Source of the DNA: an uncultured Rothia sp. | Lineage (GTDB): Bacteria > Actinomycetota > Actinomycetes > Actinomycetales > Micrococcaceae | Assembly (NCBI RefSeq): GCF_946222285.1 | Contig: NZ_CAMIIP010000003.1 | DNA: 64,000 nucleotides | Reading direction: 5' to 3' (one strand) | Shown: positions 50,482-59,991 of the stretch, piece by piece | Numbering within the stretch: the stretch's first letter is position 1 | Layout of the letters: every line of letters starts with the position of its first letter | The notes under the pieces: model-generated | What the model was told of the DNA's origin: nothing | What the model saw: the letters and a program-made list of their open reading frames with translations, nothing else | Databases searched by the model: none | Program-made: the position numbers and the translations under genes

Positions 50482-51558
50482 CTAGTAGGTCCAAATTTTG
50501 GTGTAGGCAGAGCGGCGCTTGTTCCGTGCTCTCAACAGGCCGATGTGAAGAGACGTGGTGAAGGCTATGACCGAGAGCATCATGGAGGTTGCTGCTATGA
50601 GAGCTCCTCCCGAAATGGGGTCGTAAAAAGTTACTAGGTAGAGAGCTAGGGAACAGAACCCCAGAAAAAACCCGCTGATGCTCAAGAGAGGAATCAGAAT
50701 GAGTCCGGTGCGTTGGGTATCGCTGAGATAGAGTTCTTCTGATCGAAGAAAACGTAGAACGATGAGTCCTATAACTGTCCACAGAGAGGTTAGTAAAATG
50801 GCGGTTATTACATCAGCAGGGCGATGCCACCCATTGACGATGGTAGAGAACCCGGCGCTAAAAGAAATGATGGCTCCGAGCATAGCTACGAAGGGGCGCA
50901 ATTTCTTGGGAGAAGCAAGAAAAAGTGCTGCGGCAGCAGCTGCGGCAAAAGTGGTGTGACCGGATGGAGCGGAGTTCAAGCTGGCTTCTTGAAGTCCAAA
51001 ATTAGGTTTCGTGATGAGATAATTTTTGAGAACCTGCGTGCTCATATTTGCGCCGAGAGCTACGCACAGACCCACTAAAGCTGGAACAAAACGATGCTTC
51101 CAGACGAGCGCAAAAATCATTCCCACCACGGCTATGATGCCAGCTAAAACGGGGATGAAATCAAGAACCTGCGAGGTCTGCGATTGAAGACCGATGAATT
51201 GGTAAGAAAATTCATTGAAAGAGAGCTCATCAAGCTCCTGACCAACCGGAGTCTGTATGTAGAAGATAATTGCTAGAAGAAGCATTAGCCCCAAAAGAAT
51301 AAGGGCAACGACATGCTGAACCAGGGACCAAAAAGTGGGGCGAGTTTGGCGAATAGTATCGGGGGTGAACTGCCGAAAATTAGGAGCTCGCAACGTTGCG
51401 TCGTCCTGAGAATCCTCTGGCGGGGCAGTGGGAATCACTTCTGACCATGAATTCTGCTTTGAGCTTGCTTCATCTTTGTGAAGAGCATCAAGTTTTTGGG
51501 TGGTGGAGGAATCTTTTGAAGAGAAATCGCGCGGCTGTTCGCCGGTTCGGTTTTTCAT
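50482..51558 (-). CDS. PAP2 family phosphatase
   Basis: K..P, PSGH, WHRPADV. Confidence 0.85.
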   Translation of the reverse strand: MKNRTGEQPRDFSSKDSSTTQKLDALHKDEASSKQNSWSEVIPTAPPEDSQDDATLRAPNFRQFTPDTIRQTRPTFWSLVQHVVALILLGLMLLLAIIFYIQTPVGQELDELSFNEFSYQFIGLQSQTSQVLDFIPVLAGIIAVVGMIFALVWKHRFVPALVGLCVALGANMSTQVLKNYLITKPNFGLQEASLNSAPSGHTTFAAAAAAALFLASPKKLRPFVAMLGAIISFSAGFSTIVNGWHRPADVITAILLTSLWTVIGLIVLRFLRSEELYLSDTQRTGLILIPLLSISGFFLGFCSLALYLVTFYDPISGGALIAATSMMLSVIAFTTSLHIGLLRARNKRRSAYTKIWTY

Positions 51559-51716
51559 AGAACGTTTGAACTGCCTTTCTCCATCGGTACATGTTTCTTA
51601 AGTGGAAATCGCTTTGCACCAATATCTTGGCAGAAAGTCTTGTGCATTTGCTGTGAGAATCCGATATAAGCATGAGTTTTTTCTGTGATTCTTACATTGA
51701 TGGGTAGATTGAAAGG

Positions 51717-52751
51717 GTGATGAACGTGCAAATTCCCGCTTTCTTTTCTGGCCAGCAACTTCCTCTGCTTGAAGAAATCCTGCTTAATACACGGGTGTGT
51801 TCTCTTCCTATGAACGTGACATTTAGGGGAGTGCAGAAGCGGGAGACCGCCTTAATCCGAGGCCCCTATGGATGGGGAGAGTTTGCTCCTTTTCTTGAAT
51901 ATGGAACTGTTGAGGCGTCTTCGTGGCTTGCTAGTGCTTTAGAGGCCGCTTGGCTAGGCTTTCCTGACCCTGTTCGAACGGAAATCCCTCTCAATTCCAC
52001 TGTTCCGGCAGTTTCTGCCGCCAAAGTACCGGAAGTTTTGAGCAGATATCGAGGCGAAATTCGTGAGGTAAAAATCAAGGTTGCCGAGAAAGGGCAAAGC
52101 CTTGATGACGATGTTGCTCGTGTTCGCGTTGTTTCGATAAGTGCCCCCCATGCTCGGTTGAAGATTGATGCAAACGGTGGTTGGAGTGAAGGGGAAGCGG
52201 TTGAGGCACTTTCACGTTTGGAAGAATTCAATTTGCTTTATGCGGAGCAACCTGTGGCTACGGTCGAAGGGCTAGCGAGGGTTCGGGAGAAGCTCCGCAG
52301 CAAGAATATAAGCACGCCTATTGCTGCGGATGAATCGGTTCGTAAAGCAGAGGACCCACTAGAAGTGGCGCGTTTGGGGGCTGCCGATGTGTTGGTGGTT
52401 AAAGCAGCTCCACTCGGAGGTGTACATCGGGCGCTAGCCCTTGTGGAAATGGCAGGTTTGCCAGCCGTGGTCTCTTCGGCGCTGGAGAGTTCTGTGGGAA
52501 TAAGAACAGGTGCCGCGCTGGCGGCAGCTTTGCCCCAGCTGCCTTTCGGATGCGGTTTGGGTACTGTCTCGTTAATGAAAGAAGACGTAGTAGCTGATTC
52601 TTTAGTTGCAGAAAACGGCGCTCTTTATTTGCGTTCGATAGCGCCTTCTGAGGCGAGGTTGGGTGAGCTGGCTGTCTCAGCTGAGAGGAAAGAGTGGTGG
52701 CATCGAAGAATTACCGATTGCTATCATTACCTTCTTGCATATGAAAAGTGA
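51717..52751 (+). CDS. menC: o-succinylbenzoate synthase
   Basis: KIKVA, DANGGW, EQP, ADES, GLGT. Confidence 0.93.
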   Translation: MMNVQIPAFFSGQQLPLLEEILLNTRVCSLPMNVTFRGVQKRETALIRGPYGWGEFAPFLEYGTVEASSWLASALEAAWLGFPDPVRTEIPLNSTVPAVSAAKVPEVLSRYRGEIREVKIKVAEKGQSLDDDVARVRVVSISAPHARLKIDANGGWSEGEAVEALSRLEEFNLLYAEQPVATVEGLARVREKLRSKNISTPIAADESVRKAEDPLEVARLGAADVLVVKAAPLGGVHRALALVEMAGLPAVVSSALESSVGIRTGAALAAALPQLPFGCGLGTVSLMKEDVVADSLVAENGALYLRSIAPSEARLGELAVSAERKEWWHRRITDCYHYLLAYEK

Positions 52752-52911
52752 GCTTATTTAATCGTTTATTAACCTTTCATCAATTATCGCTTTAGGTATT
52801 CCGGGCAGGATGAACTGTGTTGATGTAACAGACTGAAGAAGATACCTTAGATTCACACCGATGGGTTCTGCGCGTCATATTGAGTCATACGATTGAATTG
52901 AGAGTCGACAC

Positions 52912-53028
52912 ATGAAAAAGAAATTTGCGGTTCAGATAAATAACTACCTGAAGTCTATGCGTCAAATCTTTCTTATCCCGTCGCTTACCGCGGAGCAACG
53001 GTGGGATTATTTTTACGATTACCGCTGA
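52912..53028 (+). CDS. Small protein A (38 aa), unknown family
   Basis: MKKKFAVQINNYLKSMRQIFLIPSLTAEQRWDYFYDYR; paralog of the next ORF. Confidence 0.7.
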   Translation: MKKKFAVQINNYLKSMRQIFLIPSLTAEQRWDYFYDYR

Positions 53029-53253
53029 AATTTTTTTACGCGGTAAAAAATGGTCGGGTATTGGTCTGTATTGCTTTTTTCTTATTATTCTGGGAACGAA
53101 ACGATAGCGTGTGTCCCCTCTTGTGCAGGTCTTGAACTTAAGATAAGTTACTTTTGAGTAATAAAAAAGTTTCCGCATGAAGTGTTATGTGGTGACTCCC
53201 CCTAAAGATCCGATATCTATCGGTTTACCTAATTCCCCGAAACAGAGGTAACG

Positions 53254-53415
53254 ATGTTCTCCCTCCAATCAGCAACTAAAGCAAGCACCGTTAGTGCGGT
53301 TTCTGGCAAAATCGTTAGCAACTTCAAGCAAATCTTTCTGACTCCTAAACTTACCGAAGAGGAACGCTGGGATATGTATTACGACTACTCGGCAGTGCTC
53401 GGTAAAGACCAGTAA
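53254..53415 (+). CDS. Small protein B (53 aa), unknown family
   Basis: MFSLQSATKASTVSAVSGKIVSNFKQIFLTPKLTEEERWDMYYDYSAVLGKDQ; GAGGT RBS; followed by a terminator. Confidence 0.78.
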   Translation: MFSLQSATKASTVSAVSGKIVSNFKQIFLTPKLTEEERWDMYYDYSAVLGKDQ

Positions 53416-53473
53416 GATCTTGAATTTCTAGGCGATGAGAACTTGATAATCGCCGCCCCAAAACAACCTTATG

Positions 53474-53508
53474 AACCCTCATGCCTCACAGCGGCATGAG
53501 GGTTTTCT
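53474..53508 (+). terminator. Intrinsic terminator after small protein B
   Basis: AACCCTCATGCC-tcacagc-GGCATGAGGGTT followed by TTTC. Confidence 0.85.
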
Positions 53509-53568
53509 GATTCAATGTACCTTTGTAAACAAACCAAGCAAAACGAACAACCTGTATAGACTGTCTCA

Positions 53569-55323
53569 GTGAGCAATACTTCTTTTCCCCATTCGATGAT
53601 GATGTCAGTCTCGGTACTGGACTCACTCATACGAGCCGGTATGGAGCATATAGTGATTTCTCCAGGCTCCCGTAGCGCCCCTTTGGCTTATGCCATTGCC
53701 GCACTGGATAAGGAACAAGTTTTAACCTCTCATGTGCGTATTGATGAAAGAAGCGCCGGATTTTTAGCCTTGGGAATAGCTAAAGAATCTGGCAAACCGG
53801 TAGGAATCGTAACGACGAGCGGTACCGCAGTGGGGGAACTCCTACCCGCCGTGATGGAGGCTTACCACTCGGGGGTTCCTCTCATAGTGCTAAGCGCCGA
53901 CAGACCCGCGCAACTTCGGGGGAGCGGGTCTAACCAAACCACCCGCCAGCCGCGAATTTTCGGTCATTTTGTACGAGCCGAAGCAGATTTGCAAAGCTAT
54001 CCTTCCTCGGCAGCAGAGGAAGAAACAGATGCTTTTCGAAAAGCTCTCTCTGTGGCATTTGGAAGAAACCAAGAATGGATTCAGGATGGTACGGTTGCGC
54101 GAGGACCGGTTCATCTTAACCTGGCTTTTGATACTCCGCTTACCCCTCCGCGAGATTCGGCGTCTCTGCTAGAACAGTGGGCGCACTCGCTGACTAGCCT
54201 TGAAAAATCTGAAGATACTGCATCTCCGATTCAGCCTCGCTCTCTTCTTCTTAAAACGCCATCTGATCTTGACACACACCGCACCGTCGTCATTGCTGGA
54301 GACGGCGCTGGACAAATCGCCCAAGACTTTGCTCAGGCTCTAAACCTCCCTCTTTTAGCAGAGCCATCAGCGGGCTTGCGCACAGCGCAAAATGCAGTAC
54401 TCGCCTATCGGGAACTAGCTAATACTGAGCTGTGGGAGAGCATCGAAAAGGTCATACTGTTTGGGCATCCCACCCTATCTCGGCCCATCACCGCTTTACT
54501 AGCACGCGAAGACCTCGAGCGAGCACTCTATCTTTCGGGCGCACCAACATGGTTTGAAGAAGGTAGACGGAGCGAAAAAGTCTTCGACGATTTAGTCTCA
54601 CTGGCTTATTTTGCAGGGAGGGGAGACGACGGCGAGGGCACAACTCCTTCCTGGCGCGTAGCCTGGCAAGATGCAGGTAGACAGGCTTACCAAAACCTTA
54701 TGTCTTTTGTCGAAAACTATCGACGCACAGGTACTAACGAATCCCGAGCCGCAGGTATGTCGCTTGCCCTTTCCACATGGGAGAAGGCAAGAGAACTCAA
54801 TGAAGTTCTTCTTTGTGGATCTTCTAACCTCATCAGAGACTTAGACCTCATTGCCCCCTGGAATCAGCCAGAATTAGGCTATGAACAGGGCATAGATGTT
54901 ACAAGCCAAGAGAAGCCGTGGAAGATTCCTCGTATCTTATCTTCTCGAGGTTTAGCGGGAATAGACGGTACCATCTCGGTGGGTTCAGGTATTTCTTTGG
55001 CAACGACTCACTCAGATGGGCAGGCACAACCGGTGCGTATCCTCTGCGGTGATCTCACCTTTTTACATGATGTTTCCTCTCTCAACATCGGACCGTTAGA
55101 GAAGAAACCACAGGTGAACATCGATGTTTTAGACGATCGAGGCGGTGGAATTTTTGCGACACTCGAACATGGATCTCTGGCGGAAGAAAAAGGTTTTACC
55201 GAGGCCGTTCAGCGTTACTTCACCACTCCTCATATCGTGGACCTGAGCGAACTTGCTCATGCCTTTGGCCAGCATAACGGAATAAGAGTCAATATTCACA
55301 GATTGGATGAGCAAGAGAAATAA
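53569..55323 (+). CDS. menD: SEPHCHC synthase
   Basis: SPGSRSAPL, IDERSAGF, RGLAGIDG, GDLTFLHD. Confidence 0.95.
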   Translation: MSNTSFPHSMMMSVSVLDSLIRAGMEHIVISPGSRSAPLAYAIAALDKEQVLTSHVRIDERSAGFLALGIAKESGKPVGIVTTSGTAVGELLPAVMEAYHSGVPLIVLSADRPAQLRGSGSNQTTRQPRIFGHFVRAEADLQSYPSSAAEEETDAFRKALSVAFGRNQEWIQDGTVARGPVHLNLAFDTPLTPPRDSASLLEQWAHSLTSLEKSEDTASPIQPRSLLLKTPSDLDTHRTVVIAGDGAGQIAQDFAQALNLPLLAEPSAGLRTAQNAVLAYRELANTELWESIEKVILFGHPTLSRPITALLAREDLERALYLSGAPTWFEEGRRSEKVFDDLVSLAYFAGRGDDGEGTTPSWRVAWQDAGRQAYQNLMSFVENYRRTGTNESRAAGMSLALSTWEKARELNEVLLCGSSNLIRDLDLIAPWNQPELGYEQGIDVTSQEKPWKIPRILSSRGLAGIDGTISVGSGISLATTHSDGQAQPVRILCGDLTFLHDVSSLNIGPLEKKPQVNIDVLDDRGGGIFATLEHGSLAEEKGFTEAVQRYFTTPHIVDLSELAHAFGQHNGIRVNIHRLDEQEK

Positions 55324-55404
55324 CGAGCTGAAAGATCGCACAATTCATGGTGAGATTTTCAGGATCACGGTGAGCTTTGCAAGTAAACGTGAAACAATAG
55401 CAAA

Positions 55405-56112
55405 GTGAATCGTGCAGACCTTGATAAAAACACCGCTGATATTGCCTCTATGTTTGACCAAGTGGCAGAGCGTTACGACCTGATGAACGGTATTCTTTCA
55501 GGCGGTCAACACCTCCGTTGGCGTCGTCAGACCGTGAAAGCTGTTGACGCTTTAGCCGGTCAGCGAATTCTTGATATCGCAGCCGGTACAGGTACTTCCT
55601 CTGAGCCTTTCGCAGATGCTGGCGCTGATGTTGTGGCAGCTGACTTATCCGAAGGTATGTTGGCTGTGGGGCGCCGTCGTCGTCCAGATATTACTTTCGT
55701 CCAGGCAGATGTGACGCGCCTGCCCTTTGCCGATGAGGAATTTGATGCGGTAACTATGTCTTACGGACTACGGAATGTTGCCGATTATCCCACCGCTTTA
55801 CGTGAGCTATACCGCGTGACTAAGCCCGGTGGTCGCATTGTTCTTTTGGAGTTTTCCACCCCAACTTTCAAGCCTTTTCGCACGCTTTACAAAAACTACA
55901 TCATGAAAGCTATCCCTCCGGTAGCCCGCGCTATTTCATCGAATCCCGAATCTTACGAATACCTGGCAGAATCTATTATGGTCTGGCCAACTCAAGACGA
56001 GTTGGCGCAGAGCTTTGTGCAGGCAGGCTGGGATGATGTAAAGTACCGAAACCTTACCGGCGGAATCGTTGCTATCCACCGTGCTTTCAAACCCGCACAC
56101 CGCAGTAACTAA
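55405..56112 (+). CDS. menG: Demethylmenaquinone methyltransferase
   Basis: YDLMN, LDIAAGTG, YGLRNV, YLAESI. Confidence 0.94.
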   Translation: MNRADLDKNTADIASMFDQVAERYDLMNGILSGGQHLRWRRQTVKAVDALAGQRILDIAAGTGTSSEPFADAGADVVAADLSEGMLAVGRRRRPDITFVQADVTRLPFADEEFDAVTMSYGLRNVADYPTALRELYRVTKPGGRIVLLEFSTPTFKPFRTLYKNYIMKAIPPVARAISSNPESYEYLAESIMVWPTQDELAQSFVQAGWDDVKYRNLTGGIVAIHRAFKPAHRSN

Positions 56113-56140
56113 ATCACACGAGAAGAAAAGAAAACCCATC

Positions 56141-57211
56141 GTGACTGATCATCAGCCCCACACCGCCATAGATTCGCTCGCGGATTTAATGAGTGATATC
56201 GAGTTCAAACTGCCCAAGGGATTTGAAGTTATTGGCCAGGATGAAAATCTAGGTCCGCAGATTCTTGAATCACTGGCAGAGATCGAGGCCCGTCTTGAAC
56301 GCGCGGTGGCCCAAAATTCGCGTCTTGCTGACGTCGCGTCGCGCCACTTGTTGGGCGCTGGTGGTAAGCGCGTCCGACCGCTTTTGACTCTTTTAGCGGC
56401 GGCTGTCGGAGGCAAAATTAACGATGAAGTTCTTGACGCCGCCGTCGTTGTTGAACTAACCCACCTGGCAACTCTGTATCACGACGATGTAATGGATGAT
56501 GCCACGAAGCGCCGTGGTGTTGATACCGCCCAACATATTTGGGGTAACTCGGTTGCTATCCTTACCGGTGATTTGATTCTTGCACGAGCCTCAGGGATCG
56601 TAGCCGATCTAGGATCGCGGGCTATGTCTCTTCAGGCAACAACCTTTGAACGTTTAGTGTTGGGGCAGCTTTTCGAAACTACCGGACCTGAACACAACGA
56701 AGATATTCTCACCCACTACATCAGAGTCATTGAGGGAAAGACCGGATCGCTTATTGCTGCTGCGGGACTTTACGGTTCGATACTTTCTGGCGCTTCTGAA
56801 TCCGTTGTGCAGATGCTAGGGCGTTATGGCGAGCTTATTGGCGTAGCCTTCCAACTAGCCGACGACGTTATTGACGTAACGGGCGAAGGAAAGGTCTCTG
56901 GTAAAACCCCTGGGACCGATTTGCGTGAGGGAATCCCTACTTTACCCACCATTTTGCTCCATCAAGAAGTCGAACAGAATGATGCTGAGGCATTACGAGT
57001 GGAAGCTCTCATCAAGGGAGACCTATCTACAGATGAAGCCCTTTCTGAAGCGGTAGCAGCCCTCTCTGCGCACCCCGTCACCCAACGAGCTTGGAATATT
57101 GCCTTCCAATGGGCAGATGACGCTATTGCGGCGATTGAACCACTACCAGAATCGACAGCGAAGACCGCGCTTAAATCTTTTGCTCATGCAGTAGTTCACC
57201 GCCAAGCTTAG
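56141..57211 (+). CDS. hepT: Polyprenyl diphosphate synthase
   Basis: GGKRVRP, HDDVMD, FQLADDVID. Confidence 0.9.
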   Translation: MTDHQPHTAIDSLADLMSDIEFKLPKGFEVIGQDENLGPQILESLAEIEARLERAVAQNSRLADVASRHLLGAGGKRVRPLLTLLAAAVGGKINDEVLDAAVVVELTHLATLYHDDVMDDATKRRGVDTAQHIWGNSVAILTGDLILARASGIVADLGSRAMSLQATTFERLVLGQLFETTGPEHNEDILTHYIRVIEGKTGSLIAAAGLYGSILSGASESVVQMLGRYGELIGVAFQLADDVIDVTGEGKVSGKTPGTDLREGIPTLPTILLHQEVEQNDAEALRVEALIKGDLSTDEALSEAVAALSAHPVTQRAWNIAFQWADDAIAAIEPLPESTAKTALKSFAHAVVHRQA

Positions 57212-58230
57212 GGTCTTTCACCGTCCTGATCGCTGAGATCTTCTGCGGTGACGATACCTAACGAAGCGGTGGTTGCCAGACGAAGTACCTCTGCTTCTCT
57301 GATAGCCTTCCGATTGAGCTGGGAAGTTCTGACCGCATCTGTGGTAAAAAGAGCGCAGGCGACCCATATCGCAATGTAGCCGCCCCATTCAATAGGGGCG
57401 AGCCTTTCTCCAAAAAGAAAGAAAGCGATAAGGAATTGAAGGGTGGGGTTGATGTACTGCACCATCCCAATCACGCTCAAGGGGAGCTTTGAGGCAGCAT
57501 CAGCGAAGAGCAAGAGTGGAACGGCCGTTACGATTCCTGAAGCCGCCAGAATCCAAAAATGCCCAGCTCCAAAAGAAAAGAGTGTTAGGCGCTCTGAGAA
57601 GTAGAAAAAGATCATGAGCGTCAGAGCTAAAGGGCTCAGGAGCGCCAACTCAATAGCGAACGAATGAAGCGGATTTACCTTACCGCCTACTTTATTTTTG
57701 ACGAGTCCGTAAAGTCCAAAAGAGGTAGCTAGCCCCAGACCAATCCAGGGAACATGACCGTAGAGAACGCTCATAACCGTTACTCCTGCCGCTGCTAAAG
57801 AAACCGCCAACCATTGGGCTACTCGTAAGCGTTCACCGAGAAAAAGCACTCCGAGAACAACCGAGACCAGCGGATTCATAAAATAGCCGAGAGAGGCATC
57901 AAGCGTGTGCCCGCTCGTCGTTGCGATCACGTACAGAAGCCAGTTGCAGCCAATAAGTAGTGAGGCGATAACTAAAGCACCCATCAAGATTCGGTTGGAG
58001 AAAGCCTTGAAGAGATTCTTCCAACCTCTATGGGTAAAGCAAAGAATGAGTGAGCAGAAAACTATGGAGAAAAGAATCCTCGCTGCTACTACTTCAAAAG
58101 CGTTGGCTGGAGATGTCAGTATGAAGTAGAGAGGGAGCATGCCCCAGAGCAGATGAGTAGCAAAAATCGAGGGATACCCTGTAGCCCACACACCGGCTAA
58201 CGATGGAGATGGAATTTCCTGTTGTTTCAT
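57208..58230 (-). CDS. rarD: EamA family transporter RarD
   Basis: LWGMLPLYF, ASLGYFMNPL, QYINPTLQF. Confidence 0.92.
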   Translation of the reverse strand: MKQQEIPSPSLAGVWATGYPSIFATHLLWGMLPLYFILTSPANAFEVVAARILFSIVFCSLILCFTHRGWKNLFKAFSNRILMGALVIASLLIGCNWLLYVIATTSGHTLDASLGYFMNPLVSVVLGVLFLGERLRVAQWLAVSLAAAGVTVMSVLYGHVPWIGLGLATSFGLYGLVKNKVGGKVNPLHSFAIELALLSPLALTLMIFFYFSERLTLFSFGAGHFWILAASGIVTAVPLLLFADAASKLPLSVIGMVQYINPTLQFLIAFFLFGERLAPIEWGGYIAIWVACALFTTDAVRTSQLNRKAIREAEVLRLATTASLGIVTAEDLSDQDGERP

Positions 58231-58308
58231 CTACTCACTGTCTCTTTTCGTCTCCGAAGCTCTATTTGGAACTTTTGGTGTGATCCGTCAGAGCGCTAAA
58301 ATCTATTG

Positions 58309-58350
58309 AAAAATCCCGGTATACGAGAAAGGCGCAGCGTATACCGGGAT
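58309..58350 (-). terminator. Intrinsic terminator
   Basis: ATCCCGGTATACG/CGTATACCGGGAT stem with a U tract on the minus strand. Confidence 0.8.
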
Positions 58351-58381
58351 ATAGAGGGAAATCCCTGAGTAAATTACTTTC

Positions 58382-59701
58382 TTAGAGACCGAAGAAACGG
58401 GAGAAGAAGCCTTTCTTTTCTTTATCGTTCTTCTTCTCCGACGCCTTTTGCGTCTCTTCACGCTCGGCTTCCAGATCGGGAGCTGAGCCAGCCACCCGGA
58501 AGGCAGAGGGACGGCGACGTTCAGAGTCTAGTTCTTCTTCGACATCTTCATGCGCCATTTCCTCAGCCTGTTCGTGACGCTCTTCTTGAGCAGATACTTC
58601 TTCAGCAGGAGTAGTTTCTGGCTCTTCTTCGCCGAGTAATTCATCTTCGCTCAGCCCGGATGTAGTGACTCGACCGGGCTCAACGTCTTCGCGCGGATCC
58701 TGGTCATAAGGTTGCTCAGCGTTGGGGTATACGCGATCGGTGGTAGTAACCCCTTCAACTTCTTCAGGGAGAAGATCTTGAGGTACTTCTTCAGCGAGTT
58801 TTTCAGAGGCTACTTGGTCTTGATTCTCTGCTTCTGCAGCCTCTTCCGCCTTGGCGAGAGCTTCTGCTTCTGCACGTTCGCGCTTCTCTGCTTCGTGAGC
58901 TTCTTCGCGTGCCAGAATATGCTCTTGAGCTTCTTTGGCTGCAATGTGTTCAATTTCGCGGCGTTCCGAGGCCATCTGCTCGCGCATCTGCACGGCATGG
59001 GCTATACACTGGTTGAGCTCGTTGGAATCAACACTGGGCTCGGCTACTTCAATACCGGTAATTTTGCCGCCATCGAACCAGAGACGCAGTGCACCGTCAG
59101 TAGCGGTGATAACGGCGGTAGCATCGGTGTCCCAGGCGATATGAGCGCCGCGGAAGCGCGCGTAGGTATCGACAGCTCGTTGTTGGTTAACGATGATGTT
59201 GTTCTTAAGGGATTCAGCCATGACCTGTCCCATGCGGTTTACTGTGGGAGCTTCAAGCTCGAGAGCATCGCCGTCCACAAGAATCCAAGCACGAACACCA
59301 GCACCAGCGGTAACGGGGTAATGGGCGAAGAGACCTGTTATTGCTTTGGTGGCTAGGGTGAGACGGCGCGCAACGCCTTCTGATAGAACCAGTTCATCGG
59401 TGGTGACTTCAGCGATTCCGTGCTGTTCACCGAACTCACGAGCCTGAATCGCCGCTGAAACAACAGCATCGGGGAAGTGTCCAAGTTCCTGCCAAGACCA
59501 AATCCACGAACCACGTTTTTCAGATTCCGTACCCAAAAGATAGGGGGTGAGAGTTACGGAGCTATCAGACTGGAGGGTGAAAGACGGGGACGCGAAATCA
59601 ACGGTCCACTCTGAGCCGCTACTAATTTCAGCCAGGCGAGCTTGGTATTCAGTGGAAATAAATATTGATTCGTCAATCAAATCCTGCAGTGTTTTTGTCA
59701 T
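58382..59701 (-). CDS. DUF6882-like protein with an acidic tail
   Basis: LLGTES..SWIWSW..REFGEQHGI; Glu-rich C-terminus. Confidence 0.65.
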   Translation of the reverse strand: MTKTLQDLIDESIFISTEYQARLAEISSGSEWTVDFASPSFTLQSDSSVTLTPYLLGTESEKRGSWIWSWQELGHFPDAVVSAAIQAREFGEQHGIAEVTTDELVLSEGVARRLTLATKAITGLFAHYPVTAGAGVRAWILVDGDALELEAPTVNRMGQVMAESLKNNIIVNQQRAVDTYARFRGAHIAWDTDATAVITATDGALRLWFDGGKITGIEVAEPSVDSNELNQCIAHAVQMREQMASERREIEHIAAKEAQEHILAREEAHEAEKRERAEAEALAKAEEAAEAENQDQVASEKLAEEVPQDLLPEEVEGVTTTDRVYPNAEQPYDQDPREDVEPGRVTTSGLSEDELLGEEEPETTPAEEVSAQEERHEQAEEMAHEDVEEELDSERRRPSAFRVAGSAPDLEAEREETQKASEKKNDKEKKGFFSRFFGL

Positions 59702-59991
59702 GTTGTTAAGGCTAGCAACAGAAACTGCTTTTCAGGGGATAATTTCGCGGAAAAGATTGGGCTAGATCATAGGAAATTTTGTAGTTATAAGTATTTGTTC
59801 TATGCAATCCTGACCGGCAGATTGGGTAGCTTGTAGACTTAAATGATGTGAGATTTTCGAAAGAGTGACAGCGAATCCTGTTTATGTGGGCATCATTTGT
59901 GAAGAAAAGTTGAAATAATAATCTATATAGAGCTCAATGGAATGTTCTTAAGACCTCCTGCATCAGTGGGCCCTCCGCCAGAAAGATAAAG

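Noticed and set aside
52885..53178. 97-aa minus-strand ORF in the track
   Set aside because: It is antisense to small protein A, which is supported by paralogy; no recognisable features
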